The notes beneath the pieces were generated by a model. It did no database searches and was not told where the DNA came from. It saw only the letters and a list, made by a program, of their open reading frames with translations. Below are positions 19,601-27,736 of a stretch of DNA of 64,000 bases, one piece after another. Within the stretch, counting starts at the first letter, position 1, and every line of letters begins with the position of its first letter. The stretch lies in assembly GCA_946628545.1 (NCBI GenBank), contig CAMOWU010000001.1:13319-77318 (forward strand), given 5' to 3'. The position numbers were made by a program, and so were the translations under genes. The DNA is from an uncultured Bacteroides sp. GTDB taxonomy: Bacteria; Bacteroidota; Bacteroidia; Bacteroidales; Bacteroidaceae.

Positions 19601-20070
19601 ATGGCTACAACGCCCAGAACGATGAGACTGGCGAATGGGATATGTACTCTTACGCTCAGGGTGACGGCGACGACGCTCAGTCCGTACGTCCATACCGCGC
19701 AGCAGGTGCAAGCTCAAGCCCAGTAGGTGTCATCCACGACATCCAGGTGAAAGAAGGTAGCCTCACATTCGGTGTTCATGAGAAATATGTTTCTGGCAAG
19801 GCCATCGATACAAACGGTAACCCAACAGACTTCTGGACAGGTACCTCTCAGGTGGGCAACGCACGCCTCTTCTTCGTAGCTCCACTCCCAGGCTTCGACT
19901 ATGCTACAGGCATCGAAGAACTGAAGGCCAACGTCGAGCTCAATGCCGTTCGCAAGGAATTCTTCACTGTCAGCGGTGTACGCACCAATGGCGCACAGAA
20001 GGGTATCAACCTCGTGAAGTACTACGATGCCAAGGGCAACAGCGTAGTGAAGAAGGAACTCGTGAAGTAA
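16624..20070 (+). CDS. Large secreted multi-domain protein with probable T9SS C-terminal sorting domain; CBM4/9-like and FIVAR-like modules, no recognisable catalytic domain
   Basis: The signal peptide is MLMKKKSLLIASALMLAGAANAQ. An N-terminal CBM_4_9-like block is present (GSAALEVNNSGIAAGNPWDRGFKIRNISLEPATSYRISYWVKAD). An Ala-rich helical region follows (AVEAAKAALAAAEDASYEGDTKTALVNEIATAE...). The C-terminus FFTVSGVRTNGAQKGINLVKYYDAKGNSVVKKELVK resembles type-A T9SS sorting domains. Confidence 0.7.
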   Translation: MLMKKKSLLIASALMLAGAANAQQVLKIGFEANESKGVYTTKDSTQFAGFFADHINLQAGDVWNEASTEAHTGSAALEVNNSGIAAGNPWDRGFKIRNISLEPATSYRISYWVKADPTYITDDGSNGNTSIKNSLSIGFEQVEAPIVSPSGTEYYYNYTSGMNSDWRKISNLTFFTDKATQDAVFTKYSKNVKEITEAGDTIFYSDGMTAFADQYFITINLYNPGIYYLDDIVLEKATIAGIEFNDYAIRADFGYPTNIDELAKANGGSVSVDPSCVKVLVNGTETKADYVEGKPDGFLYIFFEETELQPSDEVKVSFTPAADCPFQYNTDRRPSTDVESEMVLLPFADEVGIFNGYIEEIPDAWTAPELVSTTPENESFELDGAKLGQVSFTYDKPIDITSTSVVISSNGKTTDLTNNISVAADGVTLVVPVGTLADGEYTITVNGIASAFGEQAISDQTLSIQTGKDTDTSTSEVIYDSNFENEPTGCIPVGWITFNEAGFHLYGFNDDGSQYNYNWGGNPGGGGTRLYEGFSGDFVKAMYWGTRGTNEGYCTFGEQVKDYILTDGSIDPEMPEEVALKLEGRKYQVSFLMAAWKGEPRFTFTMEDLDGNVYAQFSDILASPNVNGVQGKVSGSVACVTDFTLPKDGYYVMRFTSQEAQWQEFLLADLKVITMPSKAAFYKQKLAVAVEAAKAALAAAEDASYEGDTKTALVNEIATAEAGGYTAPSEVNAEIAKLESLAAAFTARVKNIDDFNVAMAEAEIAMAELTDTKYVNTDAYQTASGIMDQYKNTNPSELADDILADIAPKLTNAAAQLAKVKDCSDLLTWGIYKATQTAGIIGTNGEEELNAAFNAVTDDRDVARALNTLNKYRIYELIINNEFSEDYITELYDNIVADSLVVKGIELTGAIQNPKFYREFGKDGFPGWTITGTTPGFAGTAPSEIEYVTAGGINSYGNNNYDMSQTLEDLPVGIYAVEIDTRTPDNCKPINGYGYNAQNDETGEWDMYSYAQGDGDDAQSVRPYRAAGASSSPVGVIHDIQVKEGSLTFGVHEKYVSGKAIDTNGNPTDFWTGTSQVGNARLFFVAPLPGFDYATGIEELKANVELNAVRKEFFTVSGVRTNGAQKGINLVKYYDAKGNSVVKKELVK

Positions 20071-20086
20071 CAACAGACTACTGTAG

Positions 20087-20106
20087 GGACACGACGTGTC
20101 GTGTCC
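20087..20106. repeat. GC-rich palindromic unit ggacacgac-gt-gtcgtgtcc preceded by ctgtag (REP-like)
   Basis: It has 9-bp arms. The same ctgtagggacRcgacgtgtcRcgtccg unit recurs at 27970-27996. Confidence 0.6.
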
Positions 20107-20116
20107 GAATGACAAA

Positions 20117-20147
20117 AAGAGCGTGGGAAATCCCCACGCTCTTTTCT
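20117..20147 (+). terminator. Intrinsic terminator candidate after the T9SS cargo gene
   Basis: A hairpin (aagagcgtggg-aaat-ccccacgctctt) is followed by ttc/ttat. It lies about 47 nt after the stop at 20070. Confidence 0.65.
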
Positions 20148-20864
20148 TATCAATAGCCAAAAATGCGATTATCAATGTTCAAAAATGCGAGTTAAAAGGG
20201 GAGTTTAAATATGAATGGTGGTGCAAAGTTACTAATTACAACCGCAAAATTCGTTTTACCTTCCAACACGCATTCATCAATATTTTTCATAACTTTGCAC
20301 TAAAACACACGCGGGGGGTACGCAGGCATCCCTGCCTGCGATGATGAATTGCGCGTCCTCTGGACGCGCCAATCCTGACTTTTTCCCGTGTGCCCAAGCA
20401 TTCCATGCTCGGTGCGATCATCCGGAAGGCGGTTAGGTAAGCCGCCTTATCATGGCGGCCATCAATAACCAATAACCATTACACCCCCAATAACCATTAC
20501 AAAAAATGTCATACCCCTAAAACATTTTTGCATAAACATATTGCAAGAATATACAGAACAAACCTAAAATCACCGAAAATATGCAAATAAACATCACTTT
20601 TGTATAAACATCCTAAAAAAAGTGGAACTAATGAAACATTTAAAAACTGGAGATTTTTCTTACAATTTTCCTAAATAATTTTCCTATAATTTTAGCGTGC
20701 TGAATATTGTCACGACTCGGCATAGCTCAAGCAAGCTTGGCTCTGCACTCGCTGCTCCAATATTTGAGCGAAGCAACCCTAAAAGATTATAGCCTGAATA
20801 GACACTCGCAATCGGTTTTAAAGAAAAACAGACTGAATGTTTGTATTTTGTCCGAAACTGTTTG

Positions 20865-20872
20865 TAATTTTG
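20865..20872 (+). promoter_or_regulatory. Bacteroidota -7 promoter box (TAATTTTG) for the GRE-activase gene
   Basis: taattttg lies 19 nt upstream of ATG 20891. This supports the internal start MQGLIFDIKRY rather than the listed 20837. Confidence 0.5.
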
Positions 20873-20890
20873 CAACATATTTTTCTCATC

Positions 20891-21679
20891 ATGCAAGGAC
20901 TGATTTTCGACATCAAACGATATGCCATACACGACGGGCCAGGCATACGCACCACCGTCTTTCTGAAAGGGTGTCCGTTGCGCTGCCGATGGTGCCACAA
21001 CCCCGAAAGCCAACACCTTGAGCCAGAGCTGATGCCACAAAACCGCAAACTGGGCGACCGCACTTTCGTTGACAACCGAACGGTGGGCTACACCATCACC
21101 CCAGAGGCGCTCATGAAAGAGATCCGAAAGGACCACGTCTTTTTCGAGGAGTCGGGAGGAGGAGTGACCTTCTCTGGCGGTGAGCCGCTGCTGCAAGCCC
21201 CCTTCCTTTTAGAATGCCTCCGACGATGCAAAGCCGAGAATATCCACACCTGTGTAGATACTGCCGGCGCAGTCCACACCCCGTTGCTCGACGAGATATG
21301 CCAATGCACCGACACCTTCCTCTATGATGTGAAGACGGCCAAGGAACCGACCTTCAAAGACTATATAGGCACCCCCTACTCCACCGTCATCGACAACCTC
21401 CGTCGTATCGCAGAAGCCGGCACTCATATCATCGCGCGCATTCCCGTTATCCCTGGAGTCAACGACAGCGAGAACGAAATCGACGCCATCATCAACCTGC
21501 TTGCGGGAATACCCCAGATTCATGAGGTCAACCTCCTTCCCTTCCACCGCACTGGCGCAGACAAATACAAGCGACTGGGGCGCACCTGGGATATGGGCAA
21601 CACCCCCAACCTCAAAGCCGAAGACCTGACTTCCATGCAACAAAGATTCGTTGATGCTGGATTCGAGACCAAAGTTTAG
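20891..21679 (+). CDS. Glycyl-radical enzyme activating protein (radical SAM, PflA-like short form)
   Basis: The N-terminus reads GLIFDIKRYAIHDGPGIRTTVFLKGCPLRCRWCHNPES, giving the CX3CX2C cluster. A GGEPLL SAM-binding block is present. There is no additional CxxCxxCxxxC ferredoxin insert. Confidence 0.9.
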   Translation: MQGLIFDIKRYAIHDGPGIRTTVFLKGCPLRCRWCHNPESQHLEPELMPQNRKLGDRTFVDNRTVGYTITPEALMKEIRKDHVFFEESGGGVTFSGGEPLLQAPFLLECLRRCKAENIHTCVDTAGAVHTPLLDEICQCTDTFLYDVKTAKEPTFKDYIGTPYSTVIDNLRRIAEAGTHIIARIPVIPGVNDSENEIDAIINLLAGIPQIHEVNLLPFHRTGADKYKRLGRTWDMGNTPNLKAEDLTSMQQRFVDAGFETKV

Positions 21680-21743
21680 GCATCTTTTTTCATGAATACC
21701 AATTATTTTCGCCAAGAATGACTTGGATTTCATTTTTTGTTTG

Positions 21744-21751
21744 TATTTTTG
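21744..21751 (+). promoter_or_regulatory. Bacteroidota -7 promoter box (TATTTTTG) upstream of the PutA-like gene
   Basis: tatttttg lies about 59 nt upstream of ATG 21810, inside the 130-nt activase-putA gap. Confidence 0.4.
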
Positions 21752-21809
21752 CTTGATAATCAACTTTTATTACTAAGGACTCGACTAACTAACCTAAATA
21801 GATCAAATT

Positions 21810-24800
21810 ATGAGCAAGGACAAACCCACAATCGAAGAAGTGTTCTCATGGATGAGAAAACTCTACGATGAAAGCCAGGCATCACTGACTTCCACAGAGA
21901 AGTATGAACAGCACATGTATGGCACCATGGTGCAGCGCCACGATGACAAGAAGTTTATCGTGAGGATGCTCGACGAGACTTCACAAATCCGCGACAATAA
22001 GAAGCTGGCCATGCGTGTGAAAGAACTCATCGATCAGTACGGCATTCCCAAGTTCCTTGGACCGTTCGACCATTTCTTGTTCCAAATTTACCAGTCATTT
22101 GGCTACCTCTCGCCTTTCCGACAAATTGCCATACCCATCGTGAAATGGCGTCTGCGCCGCGACACAAGTCGAGTGATCATCGATGCGGCACGCCCCAACC
22201 TCACCAACCACCTCTCCACACGATTCCAACAGAAGATAGGACAGAACGTCAACCTCCTTGGAGAAGTGGTGCTGGGCGACGGAGAGGCCGACAAGCGCTA
22301 CAAGATGTACCTTGAGGCTCTCAAGGAACCCGACATCAACTACATCTCCGTGAAAATCTCAGGCATCTACGCCCAGACCCATGCGCTCAACTACAAGGAA
22401 TGCTTCCCTGAGTTGGTGCACCGCATGTCGGAACTCTACCAAGCCGCCATCGACAACCCCTATGTCGATGAAAACGGAGTGAAACGCTCGAAGTTCATCA
22501 ATCTCGACATGGAAGAGTACAAAGACGCCCACTTGACCATGCGTCTGTTCAAGCACGTGCTCTCACTGCCCCAGTTCAAGAACTACGAAGCCGGCATTGT
22601 GGTGCAGAGTTATCTGCCCGATGCCTATCTGTTCCAGAGCGAACTGCTCGACTTCGCCCGCCAGCGTGTGGCTGAAGGAGGAAGCCCCATCAAGATGCGT
22701 ATTGTGAAAGGTTGCAACCTCGACATGGAAAACATCGTCAGCGACCTACGCGGATGGCCCAACCCTGTTCGTCCGAACAAGACCGAGGTGGACGCCAACT
22801 ACCTGCACCTCATCGAGCGCGGACTTCTCCCCGAGAACGCCAAGGTGCTCCACATCGGTATGGCAAGCCACAACCTCTTCACCATCTCCTATGCCTACCT
22901 GCTCACCCAGAAGTACGGCACACCAAAGGACTGTTTCTGTTTCGAGATGCTCGAAGGAATGGCCAACCACGTGTGGAGGGCACAGTCTAAACTGGGCAAC
23001 CACGTCATCCTCTACACCCCAGTGGTGAAGAACGAGCATTTCCTCAATGCCATATCCTATCTCGTGCGACGCATGGACGAGAACACCGCGCCCGACAACT
23101 TCCTCACCCACTCCTTCAACCTCAAACCCGACACCAAGGAATGGAAGGAACTCCAGCAGCAGTTCATCGACGCCTACAACATGAAAGACACCATCACCCA
23201 CATCCAAACCCGCACCCAGGACCGCAACAAGCCCTATGTAGGTCAGGAGCCTGTGGATGAGATGATCAACGAACCCGACACAGACTTCGACCGCGAGGTC
23301 AACCAGCAATGGGTGGAAAAGATCTTCGCCAAATGGAAAAGCGCGGGCAAGCAACCCGTAGAAGCGGCACACACTGACGGAGAATGGCAACCCGGTGAGA
23401 TCCTGCCCACGCAGATTGGCGGAGAGACTGTATTCAATGACGACAAGGTGAAATATTTCGACCGCAGCCAAGAAGGCGAGGTGGAAGTGTGCGAGATGTC
23501 GAGAGCCGACGTGGCGCAAACACAGCAAATCCTCGCTATTGCCGATGCCGACCCCAAAGGCTGGAGAAAGACCACGATAGAAGAGCGTCACCAGATCATG
23601 TACAAGGCAGCCAACCTGCTTGGACAGATGCGTGGCGACCTCATCGGTTCCATGTGCTCCATCACGGGCAAGACCGTGGAGGAAGGCGACGTGGAGGTGA
23701 GCGAGGGTATCGACTACTGCCGCTTCTACACCACGACGATGAAGAAGTACGCCGCACTCGATGACGTGGAGTTCTGCGCAAAAGGCACAGTCCTCGTGCT
23801 CTCGCCATGGAACTTCCCCTGCGCCATCCCTTGTGGCGGCGTGGTGGCAGCCCTGGCCAGCGGCAACACCTGCATTCTGAAACCCGCTACCGTAGCGGCT
23901 CCAGTGGCTTGGCTCTTCGCCAAGGCGTTCTGGGATGCCGGCGTACCTCGCGAAGCCTTGCAGGTGGTCATCACCAACCGCGAAGCCACCGACCTGCTCA
24001 CTTCGTCTCCAGTGGTGAAGCACATCATCCTCACTGGCGGCACGGAAACCGCACAAACCATCGCCCGCAAGAACCCAAGCAAGCCCCTTTCGGCAGAGAC
24101 GGGTGGAAAGAATGTGATGATACTCACAGCCAGCGGCGACCGTGACCACGCCATCATGAACGCCTGTCGCTCTGCCTTCGGCAATGCTGGTCAGAAATGC
24201 TCCGCCTGCTCATTGCTGCTGGTTGAACGCTCCGTATATGACGATCCCGAATTTATCGAGAAACTCAAGGACTGCGCCACCAGCTACAAAGTAGGACCAG
24301 TCTGGAACGCCGGCAACATCGTTGGTCCGATGATTACCAACAAGAACGACAAACTGGAACGCGCCTTCCAGCTCGACGCAGGAGAACGTTGGCTGGTGGA
24401 ACCCAGTTTCGTAGATGACAAGAAGTACATCATGCGTCCGGCAGTGAAACTGGGTGTGCAACCCGACAGCTTCACCTTCCGCACCGAACTCTTCGCGCCA
24501 CTACTCGCTGTGGCTCCTTTCGACACACTGGAAGAAGCCGTGGCATTGGTCAACAGCCTCGACTACGGACTGACCAGCGGACTGCAGTCGCTCGACGAGA
24601 AGGAACAACGATACTGGAAGAACAACATCATGGCAGGCAACCTCTACATCAACCGAGGCATCACTGGAGCTGTGGTCAACCGACAGCCTTTCGGCGGCAT
24701 GAAACTGAGTGCCTTTGGTGGAGGTGTGAAAGCCGGAGGTCCCAACTACTGCGCTTGCTTCCTGCATTTCCGCGACAAGGAAGGCAGCACCACCGACTAC

Positions 24801-25307
24801 AAGCAGTCCTACCGCCTCTGGTATGAGAAAGAGTTCGCACACGCACGCAACATCCAGCCCAAAATCAGAGGTGAGCAGAACGTCTTCCGCTACCTTCCGC
24901 TCAAAGGCGGCATGATCCTGCGCTTCGGCAAGGAGGATACAGTGGAACAGGCTGAGATGGTGGCTCTTGCCGCCAAGATTGTAGGCACCCCGTTGACCAT
25001 CTCAGTAGAGCCCGATGACACACGCCTCGACAACGGCGCCGCATCGCTCAACGGAGCCAAGGTGAAGAAACAGACACTCCAGGAGTTCATCGCCGACATG
25101 AAGAACTTCGAGCGCATCCGCACCCTGACCGACCAGTTGCCCGACGAGATTTATGTGGCAGCCGCCGCAAACAACCAATACATCGCCACAGCCGCTCCAG
25201 TGAAAGACGGCCGCATTGAACTCATACACTACATCAAGGAACAGTCCATCGCCAATGAGTACCATCGCTACGGGTCGCAGATAGAGGTTCCTAAAGTAGA
25301 AGATTAA
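21810..25307 (+). CDS. putA: Bifunctional proline dehydrogenase / L-glutamate gamma-semialdehyde (P5C) dehydrogenase, PutA-like
   Basis: 1165 aa. The N-terminal PRODH barrel shows the blocks INLDMEEYKD, RIVKGCNLDME and FEMLEGMANHV. The C-terminal ALDH domain shows FPCAIPCGGVVAALASGNTCILKPA, AETGGKNVMILT and the catalytic-Cys region GNAGQKCSACSLLLV. Confidence 0.85.
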   Translation: MSKDKPTIEEVFSWMRKLYDESQASLTSTEKYEQHMYGTMVQRHDDKKFIVRMLDETSQIRDNKKLAMRVKELIDQYGIPKFLGPFDHFLFQIYQSFGYLSPFRQIAIPIVKWRLRRDTSRVIIDAARPNLTNHLSTRFQQKIGQNVNLLGEVVLGDGEADKRYKMYLEALKEPDINYISVKISGIYAQTHALNYKECFPELVHRMSELYQAAIDNPYVDENGVKRSKFINLDMEEYKDAHLTMRLFKHVLSLPQFKNYEAGIVVQSYLPDAYLFQSELLDFARQRVAEGGSPIKMRIVKGCNLDMENIVSDLRGWPNPVRPNKTEVDANYLHLIERGLLPENAKVLHIGMASHNLFTISYAYLLTQKYGTPKDCFCFEMLEGMANHVWRAQSKLGNHVILYTPVVKNEHFLNAISYLVRRMDENTAPDNFLTHSFNLKPDTKEWKELQQQFIDAYNMKDTITHIQTRTQDRNKPYVGQEPVDEMINEPDTDFDREVNQQWVEKIFAKWKSAGKQPVEAAHTDGEWQPGEILPTQIGGETVFNDDKVKYFDRSQEGEVEVCEMSRADVAQTQQILAIADADPKGWRKTTIEERHQIMYKAANLLGQMRGDLIGSMCSITGKTVEEGDVEVSEGIDYCRFYTTTMKKYAALDDVEFCAKGTVLVLSPWNFPCAIPCGGVVAALASGNTCILKPATVAAPVAWLFAKAFWDAGVPREALQVVITNREATDLLTSSPVVKHIILTGGTETAQTIARKNPSKPLSAETGGKNVMILTASGDRDHAIMNACRSAFGNAGQKCSACSLLLVERSVYDDPEFIEKLKDCATSYKVGPVWNAGNIVGPMITNKNDKLERAFQLDAGERWLVEPSFVDDKKYIMRPAVKLGVQPDSFTFRTELFAPLLAVAPFDTLEEAVALVNSLDYGLTSGLQSLDEKEQRYWKNNIMAGNLYINRGITGAVVNRQPFGGMKLSAFGGGVKAGGPNYCACFLHFRDKEGSTTDYKQSYRLWYEKEFAHARNIQPKIRGEQNVFRYLPLKGGMILRFGKEDTVEQAEMVALAAKIVGTPLTISVEPDDTRLDNGAASLNGAKVKKQTLQEFIADMKNFERIRTLTDQLPDEIYVAAAANNQYIATAAPVKDGRIELIHYIKEQSIANEYHRYGSQIEVPKVED

Positions 25308-25339
25308 ACAAAGAGAAGAATAACAAAAAGAGAACAAAT

Positions 25340-27709
25340 ATGAAAATGACAGACAGAATCAGAAGGTTGCGTGAGCAAAGCCTGAATGCGGTCAACCGCA
25401 TCACAGCAGAGCGCGCCTTGCTGATCACCGAATTCTACAAGTCGGGCGTAGCTGATGCCGAGCCTGTTCCTGTGCAGAGGGCCTTGTCGTTCAAGTACAT
25501 CCTCGAACACAAGTACATCTGCATCAACGACGGCGAGCTCATCGTGGGCGAACGAGGCCCTGCGCCCAAAGCCACACCTACCTACCCTGAAATCTGCATC
25601 CACTCCATGCAGGACCTGCAGATTCTCAACGACCGAGCCAAGGTGTCGTTCAAGTCGGACGAGGAGACCCGCGCCGCCTACCGCGATATCATCATACCGT
25701 TCTGGAAGGGTAAGAGCAACCGCGACCGCATCTTCAACAGCCTGCCACAGGAATGGAAAGACGCATACGCAGCAGGACTCTTCACGGAGTTCCAGGAGCA
25801 GCGCGCCCCAGGCCACACGGCACTTGGCATCAAGATGTTCCACACAGGACTGCTCGACTTGAAAGCACGCATCGCCGACAGCATGGACAAGCTGGACCTT
25901 GTGAACGACCCAGAGGGTGTCGATAAGCGTGATGAGCTGCGCGCCATGGACATCGTATGCGACGCCATGATCATGTATGCGGGCCGTCATGCAGATAAAC
26001 TGGAAGAACTGGCGGCAAAGGAAGAAGACGCCAAGCGCAAGGCTGAACTCACTGAGATGGCACGCATCTGCCGCAAGGTGCCTGCACATGCCCCTGAAAC
26101 AGTTCATGAGGCACTGCAGCACTACTGGTTCATCCACTTGGGCGTGGTGACCGAGCTCAACCCTTGGGACTCTTTCAACCCCGGCCGTCTCGACCAAAGC
26201 CTCTATCCTTTCTATCAGAAAGAAATGGAGGAAGGCACCACCACCAAAGAACAAGTCTATGAGGTGCTGCAGTCGTTCTGGGTGAAGTTCAACAACCATC
26301 CCTCCCCACCCAAAGTAGGCGTCACCGCCGAGGAGAGCAACACCTACACAGATTTCTGCCTCATCAATGTGGGCGGAGTGAAGGAGGATGGCAGCGACGG
26401 AGTCAACGAGATGTCGTACATTCTGCTCGATGTCATTCAGGAGATGCGTCTGTTGCAACCCAGCAGCATGATCCAGGTGAGCAAGAAAAACCCGGACCGA
26501 TTCATCCGACAGGCTGTGGAAATCATCAAGACGGGATTCGGACAGCCTTCAGTGTTCAATACCGACGCGCTGGTGCAAGAGATGCTCCGCGCTGGCAAGG
26601 ACGTGAAGGACGCTCGCAATGGTGGTTGCTCAGGATGTGTGGAGACTGGCGCTTTCGGCACCGAGGCCTACATCCTCACTGGCTATTTCAACCTGCCTAA
26701 AATCCTGGAACTCACGCTCAACGACGGTTTTGACAAACGAACAGGCAAACAACTCGGACTCCACACAGGCAAAGGCACAGACTATAAGACTTACGAGGAA
26801 CTCTTCAATGCCTACAAAGCTCAGGTGGCACACTTCATGCGCATCAAGCTCACTGGCAACAACATCATCGAACGCATCTTCATGCGCCACATGCCAGTGC
26901 CTTTCCTCTCAGTGCTCATCGACGACTGCATCGCCAAGGGCAAGGACTACATGTGCGGTGGCGCGCGCTACAACAGCAGCTACGTACAAGGTGTGGGACT
27001 GGGAAGCATCACCGATATGCTGACATCACTCCGCTACAACGTCTATGACAAGCACAACGTCACTATGGCGGAATTGCTGGAAGCCCTCGACAATGACTTC
27101 AAGGGATACGAGGAACTGCAGTACCAACTGGTCTATAACACGCCTAAATACGGCAACGATGATGACTATGCCGACGAACAGGAAGTGGCGGTCTTCGACA
27201 TGTATTATGATGTGCTCTCCGGACACAAGTCGCCTCGTGGAGCCGACTATCGGGTGAACATGCTGCCAACAACCTGCCATGTCTATTTCGGCAAGGTGAC
27301 GGGTGCCACTCCTGATGGACGCAACGCTTGGAAGGTATTGTCGGAGGGTATCTCGCCCGTACAGGGAGCCGACACCAACGGACCGACAGCCGTCATCCGC
27401 TCCGCAGCCAAGATCGACCACATCAAGACAGGAGGCACATTGCTCAATCAGAAGTTCACCCCATCGCTGCTTTCCACCGACGAGGGATGCTACAATCTGG
27501 TGCACCTCATCAGGGCATACTTCCGCATGGACGGTCACCACATCCAGTTCAACGTGGTCAACGCCGACACCCTGCGCGACGCACAGAAGCACCCCGAGAA
27601 CTACCGCGACCTGATCGTGCGTGTGGCTGGATACAGCGACTATTTCAACGACCTTGGAGAAGACCTGCAGAACGAAATCATCTGCCGCACAGAACAAACC
27701 ACCTTCTAA
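25340..27709 (+). CDS. Glycyl radical enzyme of the 1,2-eliminase class, probable trans-4-hydroxy-L-proline dehydratase (HypD-like)
   Basis: 789 aa. The Cys loop is NGGCSGCVETG (C-x-E, not the PFL CC). The C-terminal glycyl-radical motif is DLIVRVAGYSDYFNDL. The length matches HypD and glycerol-dehydratase-type enzymes. The HypD assignment rests on the PutA context and remembered similarity, not on an alignment. Confidence 0.75.
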   Translation: MKMTDRIRRLREQSLNAVNRITAERALLITEFYKSGVADAEPVPVQRALSFKYILEHKYICINDGELIVGERGPAPKATPTYPEICIHSMQDLQILNDRAKVSFKSDEETRAAYRDIIIPFWKGKSNRDRIFNSLPQEWKDAYAAGLFTEFQEQRAPGHTALGIKMFHTGLLDLKARIADSMDKLDLVNDPEGVDKRDELRAMDIVCDAMIMYAGRHADKLEELAAKEEDAKRKAELTEMARICRKVPAHAPETVHEALQHYWFIHLGVVTELNPWDSFNPGRLDQSLYPFYQKEMEEGTTTKEQVYEVLQSFWVKFNNHPSPPKVGVTAEESNTYTDFCLINVGGVKEDGSDGVNEMSYILLDVIQEMRLLQPSSMIQVSKKNPDRFIRQAVEIIKTGFGQPSVFNTDALVQEMLRAGKDVKDARNGGCSGCVETGAFGTEAYILTGYFNLPKILELTLNDGFDKRTGKQLGLHTGKGTDYKTYEELFNAYKAQVAHFMRIKLTGNNIIERIFMRHMPVPFLSVLIDDCIAKGKDYMCGGARYNSSYVQGVGLGSITDMLTSLRYNVYDKHNVTMAELLEALDNDFKGYEELQYQLVYNTPKYGNDDDYADEQEVAVFDMYYDVLSGHKSPRGADYRVNMLPTTCHVYFGKVTGATPDGRNAWKVLSEGISPVQGADTNGPTAVIRSAAKIDHIKTGGTLLNQKFTPSLLSTDEGCYNLVHLIRAYFRMDGHHIQFNVVNADTLRDAQKHPENYRDLIVRVAGYSDYFNDLGEDLQNEIICRTEQTTF

Positions 27710-27736
27710 GAAGATCAACAAAACCAAAATAAAACA

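Noticed and set aside
20405-20445. A ccggaagg-containing hairpin region as a possible SRP (4.5S) RNA.
   Set aside because: Only the short ccggaagg string matches. The adjacent conserved GGAAGCAGC-type sequence and the symmetric domain IV helix are absent.
22746-24149. A 467-aa minus-strand ORF inside the PutA-like gene. Similar long antisense ORFs occur at 3578-4564, 25304-26458, 27026-27781, 30749-31624, 31808-32569, 37521-38648, 39669-40364, 44850-45953, 56536-57420 and 57988-59019.
   Set aside because: All are fully nested antisense or out of frame within genes that carry strong family signatures. Their compositions are dominated by V/H/G/L/R runs and they have no promoter boxes or motifs. 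They are treated as shadow ORFs.
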